DNA from: Cenococcum geophilum
Lineage: Eukaryota
Length of the DNA: 64,000 bases
Assembly (NCBI GenBank): GCA_050273025.1
Contig: CP158635.1
Location: 29,388,001-29,452,000, forward strand
Reading direction: 5' to 3'
Numbering within the stretch: position 1 is the first letter of the stretch; the number at the start of each line of letters is the position of its first letter. The translations under genes were made by a program, and so were the position numbers. Below the pieces are notes generated by a model, which saw nothing but the letters and a program-made list of their open reading frames with translations, ran no database searches and was not told the DNA's origin. Below are positions 38,541 to 52,089 of this stretch, piece after piece.

Positions 38541-41500
38541 TGTTACGGAGTAAGTATAAGTGGCGATAATATATAGCAAGGTAGATATTATTAAGCTATA
38601 TACATAAACTATATAAGAAGTTAAAACGTTATATAAGGAAAGAAGGTAGGAAAATAGAAAGAAAGGGTATATATTATGGACTTAGTTTCTTAGTTAATAT
38701 ATACACAAAGCAGAATAGGATTTAGGTAGTAGTCCTAGCAGAACTTAGTAGGATTTAGTAAAACTTAGCGGAATATAGCGGAATACAGCAGATTGCCGTT
38801 AGATTGCTATAGATTGCGGCAAATTACGGTCTTATAGTCGGTCTTTAGTTACTAAGTTAGTAGAAACAGGTAGATGTGTATAAGGTGTTACGAGGGTGTC
38901 CTATAACGGTACCCCCCCTTTAAACTTGAGCTTCTACGAGGTAGGGCTATAGTAGTTCTAGGTAGAGTTTGTAAAAGTCTTCTACGGCTTATATAAGTCC
39001 TATAGAGTTAACGGGTTCCCATAAGGGCTCAGTAAAGCCTCTCTATTTCGTAAGGTATATATATTAGCGTTTCCGTTTATTATACTTAATGTCGTTAATT
39101 CTTTTAATAAAGTACTTGTTCTTGCTATCTACTTCGACTAGTAGGGGAGGGTCCTATATCTATCTAGGTAGGGCGTCTAATATAGGGGCAGTAGGGCGGA
39201 GGACTAACGTATAAAATATGGGGTGGATTTTAACCGTATTAGGGAGCTTTAGTTGGTAGACGTAAAAGGAAACAACCTTCTTAACTTTATAAGGGCCAGC
39301 GTTCTTCTAATTAAGTTTCTTAGTAGGTTATTTTATATTTAGATTTCCTATATCTAGCTAAACGAAGTTACCAATTTAGTAGGCCGGTACTAGGGTTTGT
39401 TTCTTATTCACTGCGGCTTTATAGACAGATTAGGTCTATATTATTTCATTAGTAAGGAACCATTATAGTTCCTCCATCTTCTTTATAAATTTATTTACTT
39501 CTATAACTTATAAGGCATAATAAGCAGAGTAAGGAATATTACTAAAAGGTTTAAACCCCATTTAAGATACTAGCCGTAATTAGCTAGGAACGGGGAGACC
39601 TTTATAGTTTATAAGACAAAATTATTTGTAGTAAACTTAGCGAATATAAGCCAGTTAATCCAGTTATTTTATAAATACGACGTGTATATCCAGATATACT
39701 ATTCCATTATAGCGTTTACACATTCTATTTAACCGTCTGTTTCCGGGTAATATATAGTAGATAGCAGGGCTTTAATACAGAGTTAGGTAGTTAGTTCTTT
39801 CTAAAATATAGAGATAAACTAGCTGCCTCTATCGGAAATAATTGTTTTGGGGAGTTTGTGGAGTTTCTATATATAATCTAGGAACAGTTAGGCAATAACA
39901 GGTGTTAATATATTAGGGTAGGCGATTAAGTATCTTATCTTAAATAGTCGGTCTATAACTACTATAATATTTATACAGCCTTTACTTACAGGGAGATTAA
40001 TAATAAAGTTAATTAAGATATCCTTCTATCTTCGGTCTGGAATAGGCAGTGGCTTTAAAAGGCCGTTATACGTCTTATATAAAGCTTTAGCTTATCGGTA
40101 GATATAGCAGCTTAAGATATATCTTTATATTATATTATACATGCTCAGCCAGTAGTACTCTTATTAGAGTAGCTCTAGGGTTTTCCCTCAGCCTAAGTGG
40201 CTGGCTACTAGTAGATTATATACGTGTTTGAGGAGTTTAAGCTTAAGTTTATCGTATTTAGGTATAACTAAGCGGTTCTAGTAATATAAGCGGTTTCCGC
40301 GAGCTTCGTATTTACTTAGAGAAATCTTTTTAGAGCGTCTAATGCTATCTTATATTAGCTTAAGCGTCTCTTAAATAAACTCGTTATTTAGGTATTTATT
40401 AATTATAATCTATTTAATTAATTAATTGGTTATTTTAAGGACGTGCACCGTAAGGTTTTTAGTAGGAAGGTTAAATCGTTCGGGATAAAGCAGGGTCTAA
40501 TTTTAGAAAGAGCGCGCTTCTTCTAATACTGGCACGTCTTACGAGCGTTAGGTTAGGGTATTAGGCTTCTAACCTTAGACGCCTAGGCGGTACGTAATTA
40601 TGAATTAGAAGTATAATAGATATTCTAACCAACAGGCCTAATAATAACTTAGCTATTTTGTGGTTATAAAGTACTATAGGTTCTTATAGTTGCTAAGGAC
40701 CTTAATTAGAAATCTAGCGCCTTATAGTTTAGGTCGCTATTACTTAAAGCATTTAATAATAGCTAGCAATTCTTTATCGTAGATCTCGTAATTGCATTTA
40801 GTAGGGCTTAGTCGCTTTAAGAAGTATATTATAGGGTATAATACTCGTTCTTTGTTATATTAAGACAGAATACCTCTAGTAATATAATTAGATAAGTCGG
40901 CTTCTATAACACTTATTTATTCTAGGTTAAAGTATTAGAGTATAGGTATAGTAGTAAATATAACCTTTAGATAAGTAAAGGCCTTCTTATATTCCTTATT
41001 AAAGATAAAAGCTTTATCCTTTTAGGTTAGAGTAATAAGGGGTAAAACTAGGGTGGAGAAGTTATTAATAAACCGTTAGTAGAAATTAGTAAATCCTATA
41101 AAGGCTCTTATATCCTTAACATTCCCAGGTTCTTGCTAGTTTATAATTACTTTAACTTTCTTTAGGTCTATTTATATACCGTTTATAAAAATAAGGAGTC
41201 TAAGGTATAGGACTTCCATTTTATAGAACTTATATTTATCTACATCTAATTATAAACTAGCTCCGTGCAGGGCTTATAAAATAAGGTTAACGTGTTTCCG
41301 ATATTTAGTTAGGTTATTACTATATATTAGGATATTGTTAATATAAGCAGTATAAAAGATGTCTAGGTAGGGACGTAAGGTATTATTTATATAATGTTAA
41401 AACGAGCTTAGAGTATTTGCGAGGCCGAATAGCGTTACTAAGTATTTAAATAATCTATACCGAGTACGAAATGCAGTAAGCTATTTATCTCCTTTTGCTA

Positions 41501-44500
41501 TACGGAGGCGGTTAAATACAGAGATAATATTAAGCTTTATATAGTAACGAGCCATACTTAGTTGGTTTAGTGTCTCCTATATTAACGGGATTGGATATTA
41601 GTTCTTAACGGTAACGGCGTTAAGAGCTTAGTAGTCTATATAGAAGCGTAGACCGCCGCCGGGTTTCTTAATAAAGATCATTAGTGCGGCTATAGGCAAT
41701 AAGCTTGCTCTAATAAATCCTTTACTTAGGTTCTTATCTAAATACTTTTATAGCACTTAGAGTTTGTTTTAGGATATCCCGTATAGGGGTCTAAATCTAG
41801 GCTGCTTTCCTTCTTTAAGTACAATCTTATATTCGTATAATTGGTATTCTAGTAGCTTATTAACATTCTTCCGTAAAAATACCTCTAGGCGGTTATAGTA
41901 CTCTACTAGTACCCTTATAGCAGGGTTAGTGTACTTCTTTAGTGCTAAGGCCTTCTTAATATTAGCTATAGTGACAGCGAAGATTATATATTTAGGTTTC
42001 TTAGCAAGTCGCGCTAGCGGGGCAGCTCTAATTATACGGATATCTAGGGTGCCGAGCTCGCTTAGATTGTCCATAATTTCTTATTTAGGTTTAGGTTTAG
42101 TATTAAGTACAGAGTTAGTATTAGATTTAGGTTTAGGTTCTTTAAGAAATCTTTTTATAGTAGAATACTAGCCCTTCTAGTATTTTTGTGTATTAAGCTT
42201 AAGCTTCTACTTAGCTTAGGGCGGTGCAGTGCTTAGTAATAACTTATAGAATTTAGTGGAGTTTTTAGATCCTTGGTAGATGTCGGTGGAATTCTCATAT
42301 TAGTGGAATTTGGTAGAATTCTTATGCTAGTAAAATCTGGTAGATTCCTTGGGTATAGGGTGGACAGTTATAGAAATTTTAGACTGGTAGATCCTAGTAG
42401 ATTATTTAAATTTTAGTTTTAGGTCTAAGTAGCGAGTTATAAGGCACTTCTGCTTATAATAGGAGGCAGTACATTAGCAAATTGTGCGGTGCCAAGACCC
42501 TAGAGCTCCTGGAGCCCTCCTAGAGCCTTTTAGCAGTCCTAATAGGAACCTGCCAGGAACCTGCCAGGGCCCTGTCAGGGCCTAAACGGAACTTCTGTGT
42601 AATACTTACACTCGGAGTTCCTGTTAGGGGCTTAATTGGACAGTCAGTGCTGTTGGGTCCCCGCTAGGGCCCGATAGGACTAATAGGAGGCTATATACTT
42701 TTCCTGATGTAAATAGAAGCTTAAGGTTATCTTAATTAATAGTTACCTTATATAGCTTTATCTAGGGTTATTTAAGGATTACTAAGTGACCCAGGGTGGT
42801 AACGAAAAGTTTAATTAATTCTTTATAGTTTAGGTATTAGAGTCTTAGGAATACTATATAGGTAATACGGCCTAAGACGGTGCGTTTACTATTAAATCCA
42901 AATACGTTAATATACTAGTTAAGGGTGGTTAGGGTAAAACTATTATTTTATATAAAGATCTTATTAATAAATCCTATGCCGCTAGCTCCTATGTTAATTA
43001 GGATTTAAGTATTAGCTTATTAACTATTCTGCTAAAAACAGCAGTTAATAGTTATACTATAGTCCTAAAAGTTGGAGTTTATAACGTTAAATGCGTTTAA
43101 TAAGATCCTATAGTAGAGCCGTCCTAAAGAGCGACTTAGCTCCAGGACCCTTTTTTTAGAGGTAATTAGGGCGGGGTTCTTATAGGACATCGGTTAGAGC
43201 TTTGTCCTTATAAATAGTGCTTACTAAATAAAGGGCTAGAACCGGACAAGGAGGGCCGTAATTAATGGCTTAAAGTCGGGCGCGATAAATAGTTGCCGAT
43301 ATTAGCCATTCGTAAATTATTTTGGGGCGAAGGTAAGGGGACGAGATAGTATTTTAAGATGTAGTCCTTACTTCCGCACTTAAAGCAAAGGCCTAGTTTA
43401 ATACGTCTTTCTCGTTTAAGGGACCCTAGCAGGGCGTACTCTAGGGTTCTAGTGTTAATATCCATAGCGTCAGGGTGCTTAGGCTAAGATAATAACTTAG
43501 TAGACGTTTATAGGGTTGCCGTATTATATCGGGGAGCGGGCTTCGGTGTTAGGCGTAGTATATTATTATACCGTTTATTAATAACGTTTACGTAGGCATT
43601 AAGGGCTCCTAATAGGTCTACGCCTATTAGGGAGGTTTTTAGCTTAGGGTTTAGGGATTTAATAAGGCTGTTAATTAGTGCAGAGTTGTTCTAGCCAGTC
43701 TCCCTTATATAATAGTTGAATTTAGAGAAGTATACTAGGAAACTTTTCGTTCCTTAAGCCATATAGTTTATTTTTCTCTAAGTAATAGCTTAGCGGTTTA
43801 GATTACCGTATATAGCTTTAAGAAGTATAACTAGGCTTTATACTAAGTTCGGTTAGAGGGGTTTAATAAAGTTAGCTACCTCTCTTTCTAGTTAACTTAG
43901 GGCGTAATAGAGTTAGTTGGCTTTAGTTAGGTAACGGTTAACATTACCAGTTAGCTTATTCTTAAGCTAGCTTAGGAATAATTAGAGCTTTTACCGTTTA
44001 CTAGTAAATACTAGAGGGTTAGGTAGCCGTTCGGATTATTATAATATAGTAGTTGGTTTAGTGTGGATAGCTGCTATAAGTTTAGGGCTTACGTTCCGCG
44101 TGTTTATCTTTAGAGATAGTATTCGGTCTTAAGGCCCTAATATAGGCATCTTAAGTATACGGATTTCTTCTTAAAGGTCCTCAATTAGTCGCTAGTATTA
44201 TGCTTTTTATTCGGCTTATTATTAATTTAAAATAGCTTAGTTTTATATAAGGGCGTTTATAAAAGACTTTAATATCCCTACTAATTGTTCTTAGAGTATG
44301 GACATAATGCTAGCGGCCGTTATAGGAGTTTTAGGTTCGTTCTACATATTAATAGTAGTATAGGTAGTTAACGCAACGTAGTATTACAGAGTAAGTATAA
44401 GCGGCGATAATATATAGCAAGGTAGATATTATTAGGCTATATATATAAACTATATAAGAAGTTAAAACGTTATATAAAGAAAGAAGGTAGGAAAACGGGA

Positions 44501-44749
44501 AGAAAGAGTATATATTATAGACTTAGTTACTTAGTTAATATATACACAAAGCAGAATAGGATTTAGGTAGTAGTCCTGGCAGAACTTAGTAGGATTTAGT
44601 AAAACTTAGCGGAATATAGCGGAATGCGGCAGATTGCCGTCAGATTGCTATAAATTGCGGCAAATTGCGGTCTCGTAGTTGGTCTTTAGTTGCTAAGTTA
44701 GTAGAAACAGGTAAATATATATAAGGTATTACGGGGGTGTCCCGTAACA
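38541..44749 (-). mobile_element. Full-length chromodomain-bearing Ty3/Gypsy element F, RIP-inactivated
   Basis: 368-bp LTRs at 38541-38908 and 44382-44749; TSD AATAT at 38536-38540 and 44750-44754; PPT GGGGGGG at ~38912-38918 (minus). Motifs: knuckle CFKCGSKDH ~43362-43388, protease IDTGASG ~42977-42998, RT GGLRFCVDYRALN ~41620-41660, integrase GPYKV ~39285-39300, chromodomain YLTKWRGF..SWEP ~39012-39058. Confidence 0.95.
42467..42682. mobile_element. 216-bp hAT-like MITE inserted in Gypsy F
   Basis: 8-bp TSD ATAGGAGG at 42459-42466 and 42683-42690; ends CAGT... and ...ACTA (RIP form of ACTG). Excision restores the pol frame. TIRs are weak beyond 4-6 bp. Confidence 0.65.
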
Positions 44750-45331
44750 AATATATAGCAAACTAATATACTACGCTCTTATGAAAATATGGATAGGCAA
44801 ATACCTTAAATAAATTTCCCTATTTATAAACCCCTTAAAGTATTATAAAGTAATACTTAAATATAGATGGCTAAAATAATATAACCCTTTAATTAGCTAG
44901 GTTAAAGAAATACTAAAGTTATTACTTAAAACACTACTTGCCCTATAAATATATACATATAACTATTTAAATTTAATATAATATAATTTACCCTTATTAT
45001 AAACCTTAAACTACTAATCGCGATAAAGAATATAAAGATATTACATTAAAAAAATTTAAATTTTATATAATACGAGCCGTGCCTTTTATTTTATTAGCAA
45101 GAAAATAAAACTATAAAATCTTTACCGTAATATTAAAAGATATTTAAAAAAATACTAGAGCTAAAATAATATATTAAACCTTAACCTCTTATATCTAAAG
45201 AGTACTATAATCTAATTAATAAGTTTAAAAAATAATTTATAAACTAACTACTCCTATATTAGAATTAACATAATTTTAAGATAGAACTTAAGCTTAGTAT
45301 TAGGTAAAACCTAAGTAGATAGTTATATAGC

Positions 45332-45972
45332 TATAAGGTACGAGCGACCCTAGGGTAACCTAGGGGTAACTCGCCTGTAAGGCACTTGCGCTATATATAC
45401 CTAGGGAAAACCCTTCCTACCTCGCATATAGACTCCTCCTTTTTCCTTAAGGATTTGTCTCTGTCTATATAATATACCCTATTATTCTATTATTAGACTC
45501 TCTATCCATATTCTTACCTTATATTTAAATCCTTACCAATCCCCTTAGGAGGATAGCCGGTTTAATTTTTCTATAATACCTCCGAAAAGAAAACCGACGC
45601 CTGCACCTAATGGTAATATACTAGTAATATAACTATAGAACACCTTAGGATCTAGTGTAGATAAAACCGCTAAAAGCATACTAGTAGTATTTAAGCTACT
45701 TCCTAAACCTTAAAACGATTAGATATCTATAAATACTAAAGACTAGTTTAACTTATATATCTAGGCTTAATAGGAGCTTAGTAAGGTTACTAGCGTCCTA
45801 CCTAATACCGCTAATACAAAGGAGCTAGATAAGCTAGTTAAGAAAATAGCTAACTTATAGAATATTATTAATTTAATAAAGCCCTCCTATTTTCTTTTTA
45901 GTAAGGAGTATAAGTTATATAGCGAATATATACGCTAAATAAATCTTAACGCCTTAGTTAAGAAGTTACTAC
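45332..45972 (+). mobile_element. 5' end of a further LTR retrotransposon G (LTR 45332-45523 plus gag start), interrupted by Gypsy H
   Basis: Perfect 9-bp terminal inverted repeat TATAAGGTA...TACCTTATA (TGTAAGG...CCTTACA after RIP reversion); TATA-like box ~45392; gag-like start (M)PPKRKPT ~45576. Confidence 0.7.
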
Positions 45973-48900
45973 TATTACGGACGCTTTAAGTACTATATTA
46001 CGACTACTTAGAGAGAAGTTAAAAGAAGCTAGTTAGTTAATATAAGCACGGTTTAGGATAGAGCCGGTAGAACTATATAACGAGGAATAGTAGCTAAGGT
46101 TATATAATGTGCTATATAAGGAACGCGAGGGACGAAGGGAACGTATATACCTTATATAAAGCACATACATTACGTATAAGGAGGATTTCATAGGAGTATA
46201 GTTATATATTTAAGGACCCTTAGTCCCTACCTAGATAGTTCCTTCTTTATAGTAATTCTTAGAATATAATTAGAGTTAATCTGTTAGGCACCCACTCCAC
46301 CAGTTGTTATTACGTTATTAATTTATTACATTACCTATATACCTAGCCTATTAATAAGTCCACCGTAGTATCTACTATAAGGCTTCGTTATACAATCACT
46401 ACCTAGTTATAGTATTAATAAATTAAGCAATATGCTACTAAAAGCAGCCACTATAATACCATCGACAGAGGCAACAACCTTAAGGTTAGGTAACGACACT
46501 AGTATAATAAACACTAACTCGCAACTAGTTACAGTTAGATAGTTACAAGCGATAGTTAATTAGTTAATAGATAATAATACGGCACTTAAAAATAGGGTTA
46601 ATGGAATAGGAGTAGCGAAGGTTAAGTTACCGTTAATAGAACGATTCTTAGGGGGGAGATTAAAGCTTAAAGGATTTCTTACGTAAATGCACTTTAAGGT
46701 TACGCAGGAAGGAGTAAAGCTGGCAATACCTATGGATTAAGTAGCGTACGTAGGATTATTCTTAACAGGGAGGGCACTTAAATAGTTTAAACCTTACCTT
46801 ATAGAGGTGTAAGAGTATAGTATAACAACCACCAATTAGGAGGTGCGATATATATTTACTAGTTAGACTAAATTCGCGGAATAACTAATATAGATATTTA
46901 GGGACCTAGAAGTAATAATTATAGTAAAAAGGAAGCTCTAGGACCTAATATAACGAACTTTAGCAATTAAGTATATAATGTAGTTTTAGACGCTAGCAAT
47001 ATAGGTTAAGTAGAATAATAGAGCGCTTATGGTATAGTATAAATAGGGACTTAAGGCTAAAGTCTAGGACGTAATTATTCTAATAGAAAATGCGGACACC
47101 CTTAGGGAATTAATTAATTAAGTAATTAAGATTAATAATAGGATCTTCCAAAGGGAATAGGCTAAGAAAGGCTAGGATAGAGTTCTACAGTTATATAAGG
47201 CGTAGAGCACGCATTAACTAAAGCTAAATTAGAAACTATAGTATGGCGTAGAGCTAATAGACCTAAGTGGTACTAAAGAAAACTATAAGAGATGGAATAA
47301 GAAACTATGGAAACCTAGAGGTTAAGGATTAAGTAATTATAGGACTAGGGAGCAAAGGCTAAACTAAGGATCTTAATAGCAGAAGATATTTAAGCGGACT
47401 CTATAATAAAAGTAATAGTTTAAAAACGGAGCTTATATAAATTGCGGAAAATAGGGTTACTTTGCTAGAGATTGCAAAGATAGTTAAAGATACTATGTAA
47501 TAAAGGGAACTAGATTAATAGTCAATATATACGTATAGAGGGATAATAGTGTACTACAAGAAATAAAAGAATATTTAATTAGAAGTTTTGCGTTTTGTTA
47601 TAATAACGCATACTAAGTTTATAAAGACGCTAAGTACGGTGTAAGCTATTAGCCGTAAGAGCTAGAGTTAAGAGGACTTAAAGGAACTATAGAGTTAGAT
47701 AAAGAACGAGATCAACTCTATAAGCTAAATTAAGATATTATAATAATATGTGGATAAAGATTAATAATAATAATAATAATAGAGTTAGAGTACTTATTAA
47801 TTAGCAGTAATAAGGAAAGAAAGGGAACTAACTGGGGGTATCTAAACCTTAATAATATAATAAAAGTAGAGACCGAAACTACTATAAAGCAAGGTTTAGT
47901 AACGGGTATTATAATACTGTTAAATATAGCATCTATTACTTTATAAGACGGTAGGAGTAATATTAAAGAATAATTAAGTAAGTAGACGACTGCTAGTGCT
48001 AGCTTGCCACTTAATAAAGGTAAAAAGCTAAAGGCTTAAGATTCTTAAGATAAGATAAGAAACGACTAAGATTCTTAAGATGAGATAAGGTATGCTTAAG
48101 GACCTACAACGGACGATAACCGATGGAGTAGAGTAATAGCTTAGTTTAAAAACAAGCGAATAAGCACGGGATAAGTGTTCCTATAGATATAAGAGTTTTA
48201 AGACGAGATAAGTAAGATCTAGGACTTTTAAGACGAGACGAGGACACTATAGACGCCTAGTTGGACTAAGGCGGGAGCTAAGCTTAAGATTAAGAAGTAA
48301 GAAAACTTTAAGGATCTAGCTGCAAGACGCAGAAAATAAGAAAGTATAGATGAATTTAGAGTAAAAATTATCGTATAGTAAGAATAGAAACTAGATAAGA
48401 GATCTAGTATATTAGGTTATATAAGGGACAGAGCACCTATATAAAAGGTTACTAATAGGCTAAGGGCAGGTACACTAAGCTAAGTAGCTTATTAAACTAG
48501 AATAAGAGGATTTAGGGATCTTAACTAGGTTTAAAGAACGATATACTAAAGGTTACAACGATGCAGTAATAAAAAGATATTTTCTTATAGATAGACTGTA
48601 TACGCTTATAGAACTGTACTAAAAGTAGTATAGGTAGCGCAAGAATAACAATTAGGAAAGCTTTTACATATAGTTAGACGAGAAGGTTATACCGGATTAA
48701 GCTATATTAGAATAATAAATAAGTTATATTAAAGGAGCCTTAATTATAATGTTGAAAAATCTAGAAGAATAGGCCATGGACTAGAGAGACGTAATATAAG
48801 TATTAATACTAGCAAACGTAACGGCAATATTTAGATTAATAAGATATAGGTTTAAACTCAAAGAGGGTAATAAGCTAAGAGTTAACTTAGTATATATAGG

Positions 48901-50303
48901 TAATACGTATAATATATATAGGGCACCAAAAGATAAGAACCGGAAGTACCCTATAAGGATATATTAGGCACTAGATAAAAAAAAGTATAGAGATGCTAAG
49001 TATATATATAAATGGCATTTAGTAGAAGTTTAGGAGTTAGATAACTTAATACTTTAACTAGAAAGATTCCTTATGGAAAAATGCCTAGATAAATAATAGT
49101 GGTGGGAATGCCTAGAGAATATATGTCTATAGTATATTAAAGATAAAAAGCGAACTAAGTATTAGCTAAAAGCGGACTAAGTATAAATAGGATCTAGTAG
49201 CTAATAGTTAGAAAATATAGAGGCCTATAGGACTAGAGGGAGCTAGTAGTAAAGCCTTAGACCCTTAAAGGAATTTAAGGATAATACCTAAATTTATAAG
49301 TTAATTAGCAAGATTAACAGTTTAAAGTACTAATAGATAGTGAAGCAATAAGGAACTATATCTTACTAGCAGTAGTAAAATGGATAGGACTACCTTACAG
49401 ACAAAAGGAGCATCTATATCTATTAGTTATAATTTTAGAAGATCTAATAGCCTATAGAGGAGGCATTATTAATCTTAAAACAGGACCTATTTAGCTAACT
49501 ATTAAAGGAAGGCAAATTGGGATGTCTTTTAATATCCTACTATTAGGAAAGGATGAGGCGATATTAGAAATGCCTTAGTTATAGGAATATAATCTAAGGA
49601 TTAATTAGGTTATAGGTTAGGTTAATATTAAAGATACTTAATACTATAGAATACGATAATATACTAAGATAGTATAGTATTAGGTCGGAGCGATATATAA
49701 GGAGACTAATTAAGGATTAAGCTATATACTAAAGAGATACTATAAATATAGTAAGAAACTATGGTTACTAAAAAGTGAAAAGCTATTAGAATATATAGCA
49801 TAGGACTATAAGATAGAATTAGAACTAGGAATAAGTCTAAAATTCTTTCTAATCTATAAGCTTACTAAAAAAGAAGGTAGAGCGTTAAAAGAGTTTATCT
49901 AGAAGAACTTATAAAAGGGATATATTAGACCATTATAGTTATTAGTAGGATATCCAGTACTATTCGTACCAAAAAAGAATAGAAAACTTAGACTATATAT
50001 CGACTATAGACAGTTAAACAGCATTACTAAAAAGGATAGGTATTCTTTACCTTTAATTAGCGAAATCTAAGATAGGATTAGTAATGCGTAAATCTTTATA
50101 AAGATAGATCTAAAATAGGCGTACTATTAAATTAGAATTAAGGAAGGCGACAAATAAAAGGCAGCCTTTAGGTTAAAGGAAGGACTATATAAGCTATTAG
50201 TTATATAATTTAGGCTTATAAACGTATTAGTAACGTTTTAGAAGCGTATTAACAATATACTAAAAAAACACTTAGATGAATTTATTATAGTATACCTTAA
50301 TAA
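45973..50303 (+). mobile_element. Gypsy element H, same family as D but opposite orientation; cut at RT YLDD by the Helitron array
   Basis: 5' LTR 45973-46392 matches the reverse complement of the D LTR. gag ATG ~46432; colinear with D through protease and RT up to TACCTTAATAA at 50303. Confidence 0.93.
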
Positions 50304-50826
50304 CAAGAAATAAGCAAATTTTCCAAGGAAAATTTCTGAAATTGCTGATTTATAGCCGGCAATTTCAGTTCCTTGGAAAAGTTTACTTATTTCTCGCGCC
50401 TGCGGCGGGCTTTTATCCTTTGGGACGAAGTCCTACTACTGCCCTACTACTGTCCTATTACTGCCCTGCTACTGCCCTACTACTACCCTACTACTACCCT
50501 ACTACCCTACTGCCCTACTACTACCCTGCTGCTATCCTACTACTAGCCTACTGTTATAGTGGTAACGTAAGGCTGCCTTTATGTAATAATCGCGTGATAT
50601 AGATTTATACAATTGATTATGTAACGTATATTGATAATAGCTATTTACGTCGTCGTTATTATTATCGTCGTCTTCTTCCTTAAGCAATAGCACCATCACC
50701 ACCACCATCACTGCCGCTGCTGCTGCTGCTGCGTCTTCTGCTCTTACTCCTACTGCTACTACTACCACCACTACCGCCACTACCACTACCACTACTACCA
50801 TTACCACCACCGCCGCTGCCGCCGCT

Positions 50827-51773
50827 ATGTCCGCGCCCGGCCGCCGCTATTATAAGCTAGGGTACCTACGTGCGGGACTTTGGTCCCAGCAGATAAGTAT
50901 ACTAGTAAGTATTAGTACTATAAAAGAATTTAAGAATTTAAGAAGATACTAATATATAAATAGCTGCTGCAGCTATAGCTGCCGCCAGGGCCCTCCCCGC
51001 CCCCACTACTGCCGCTGCCGCTGCCGCTCCCGTTGCTCCCCCCGCGGCCGGCTTTATGGCCATTAATCAGCCCACCGCCCTCCCGCCGCCTACCGCCCTC
51101 TTACCCTAAAATCCGTCGCCTACCGCGCTCGCTACCGCCGCCAAAGCCGCCACCGCCAACACGGCCATAATGCGGGCGCTATATCCCCTGCCGCGCGTTT
51201 AGGGCGTGTCTCTGCGGTAGGCTCTTAGCCTAGGTGGAGCTCCTAGGGTCTACTAGGGGGTCTGCCTTAAGGCCAGGGCCCTAAATACGGAGGCAGCCCT
51301 AGGGTAAAGCTAGGGTACGGTAGCCCCGTAGGCTTATACATCGTACGCGCGGGGCGGTGGCCTATTTACGGAGTGTGTGTTAGTCGCGGGCCAGCTACGC
51401 GGCAGCTGTGCTAACTACTATTATAGTAGTAAAGGGGCACGGTGCTCCTTCTGGGCCTATAAGTTAGTAATATAAATAGTAAAAAGCATAACTAATAGAG
51501 ATAATAGCGTCTGCCCCTACCGTAGCCACCACTGCCACCCTACCGGTCCGCCGCGGCCGCATGTCCTCCCACGCCTTGGTTCCTCCTACTACTACTACTA
51601 CCGCCGCCGACAACGATAATAACGATAATAATGACGACGACGACGATAATAAAGAGGAGGCCCCGCCTACCCGTGGCCGTCCCCGCCCTATACAGCGCTA
51701 GTAGGTTACGGGGCTGCTCCGCTATTTAGCGGATATAGTTAAGCAGTAGGAAGGGGAGGAGGATAAGAAGTAG
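50827..51773 (+). pseudogene. DUF3716-like Cys-rich protein, two introns, Helitron cargo
   Basis: ATG at 50827; introns ~50905-50963 (GTAAGT..CTAAT..TAG) and ~51459-51498. RIP-reverted core NTEAALGQSRGTVAPQACTSCARGGGPFTECVLVAGQLRGSCANCHYGSEGARCSF, followed by an acidic tail. The family assignment is from memory of the motif, not a search. Confidence 0.75.
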
Positions 51774-52089
51774 GGGAGGGGGGGTAGAGAAGGGGTAGAG
51801 GAGGGGGGTAGAGGAGGGGGAGGGGGGAGAAGGGAGGAAAAAGGGAGTATTTACTAGACCCTATGGGGCACTTACGAAGGTTTTACTGGCCCTATAGGGC
51901 AGTTATAGAAGTAGTTATATAATAAAATAATATACCTTATTATAAAAGCAATACCTCTAGATATAATATTAGCCCGAAACTAAGTGCTATCCTATTACTA
52001 CCCTACTGCCTTACTACCTTACTGCTATTACTGCCACTACTACTATACTGTCCCCTAATATCTTAGCCTATAACAGCTAGTAATATACT

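Larger units (their letters stand above)
28100..45297 (+). mobile_element. Old, very heavily RIP-mutated Gypsy element split by three later insertions (pieces ~28100-29002, 35122-35356, 37895-38540, 44755-45297)
   Basis: Protease ILIDSGAAGIGFID ~38410-38452; pre-RT motif PEEYHDLIDEF...QLPPHR...DFEIELEPG ~45193-45298; LTR-like stretch at ~28100-28450 resembling the reverse complement of the Gypsy F LTR. Left boundary uncertain. Confidence 0.65.

Noticed and set aside
41769..43465. ORFs 41769-42074 and 43262-43465 as independent genes
   Set aside because: They are stop-free fragments of the RIP-mutated gag-pol of Gypsy F.
45298..45331. Possible start of yet another LTR (TATTAGG, from TGTYAGG)
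   Set aside because: Only ~34 bp are visible before element G, with no partner or TSD in the window.
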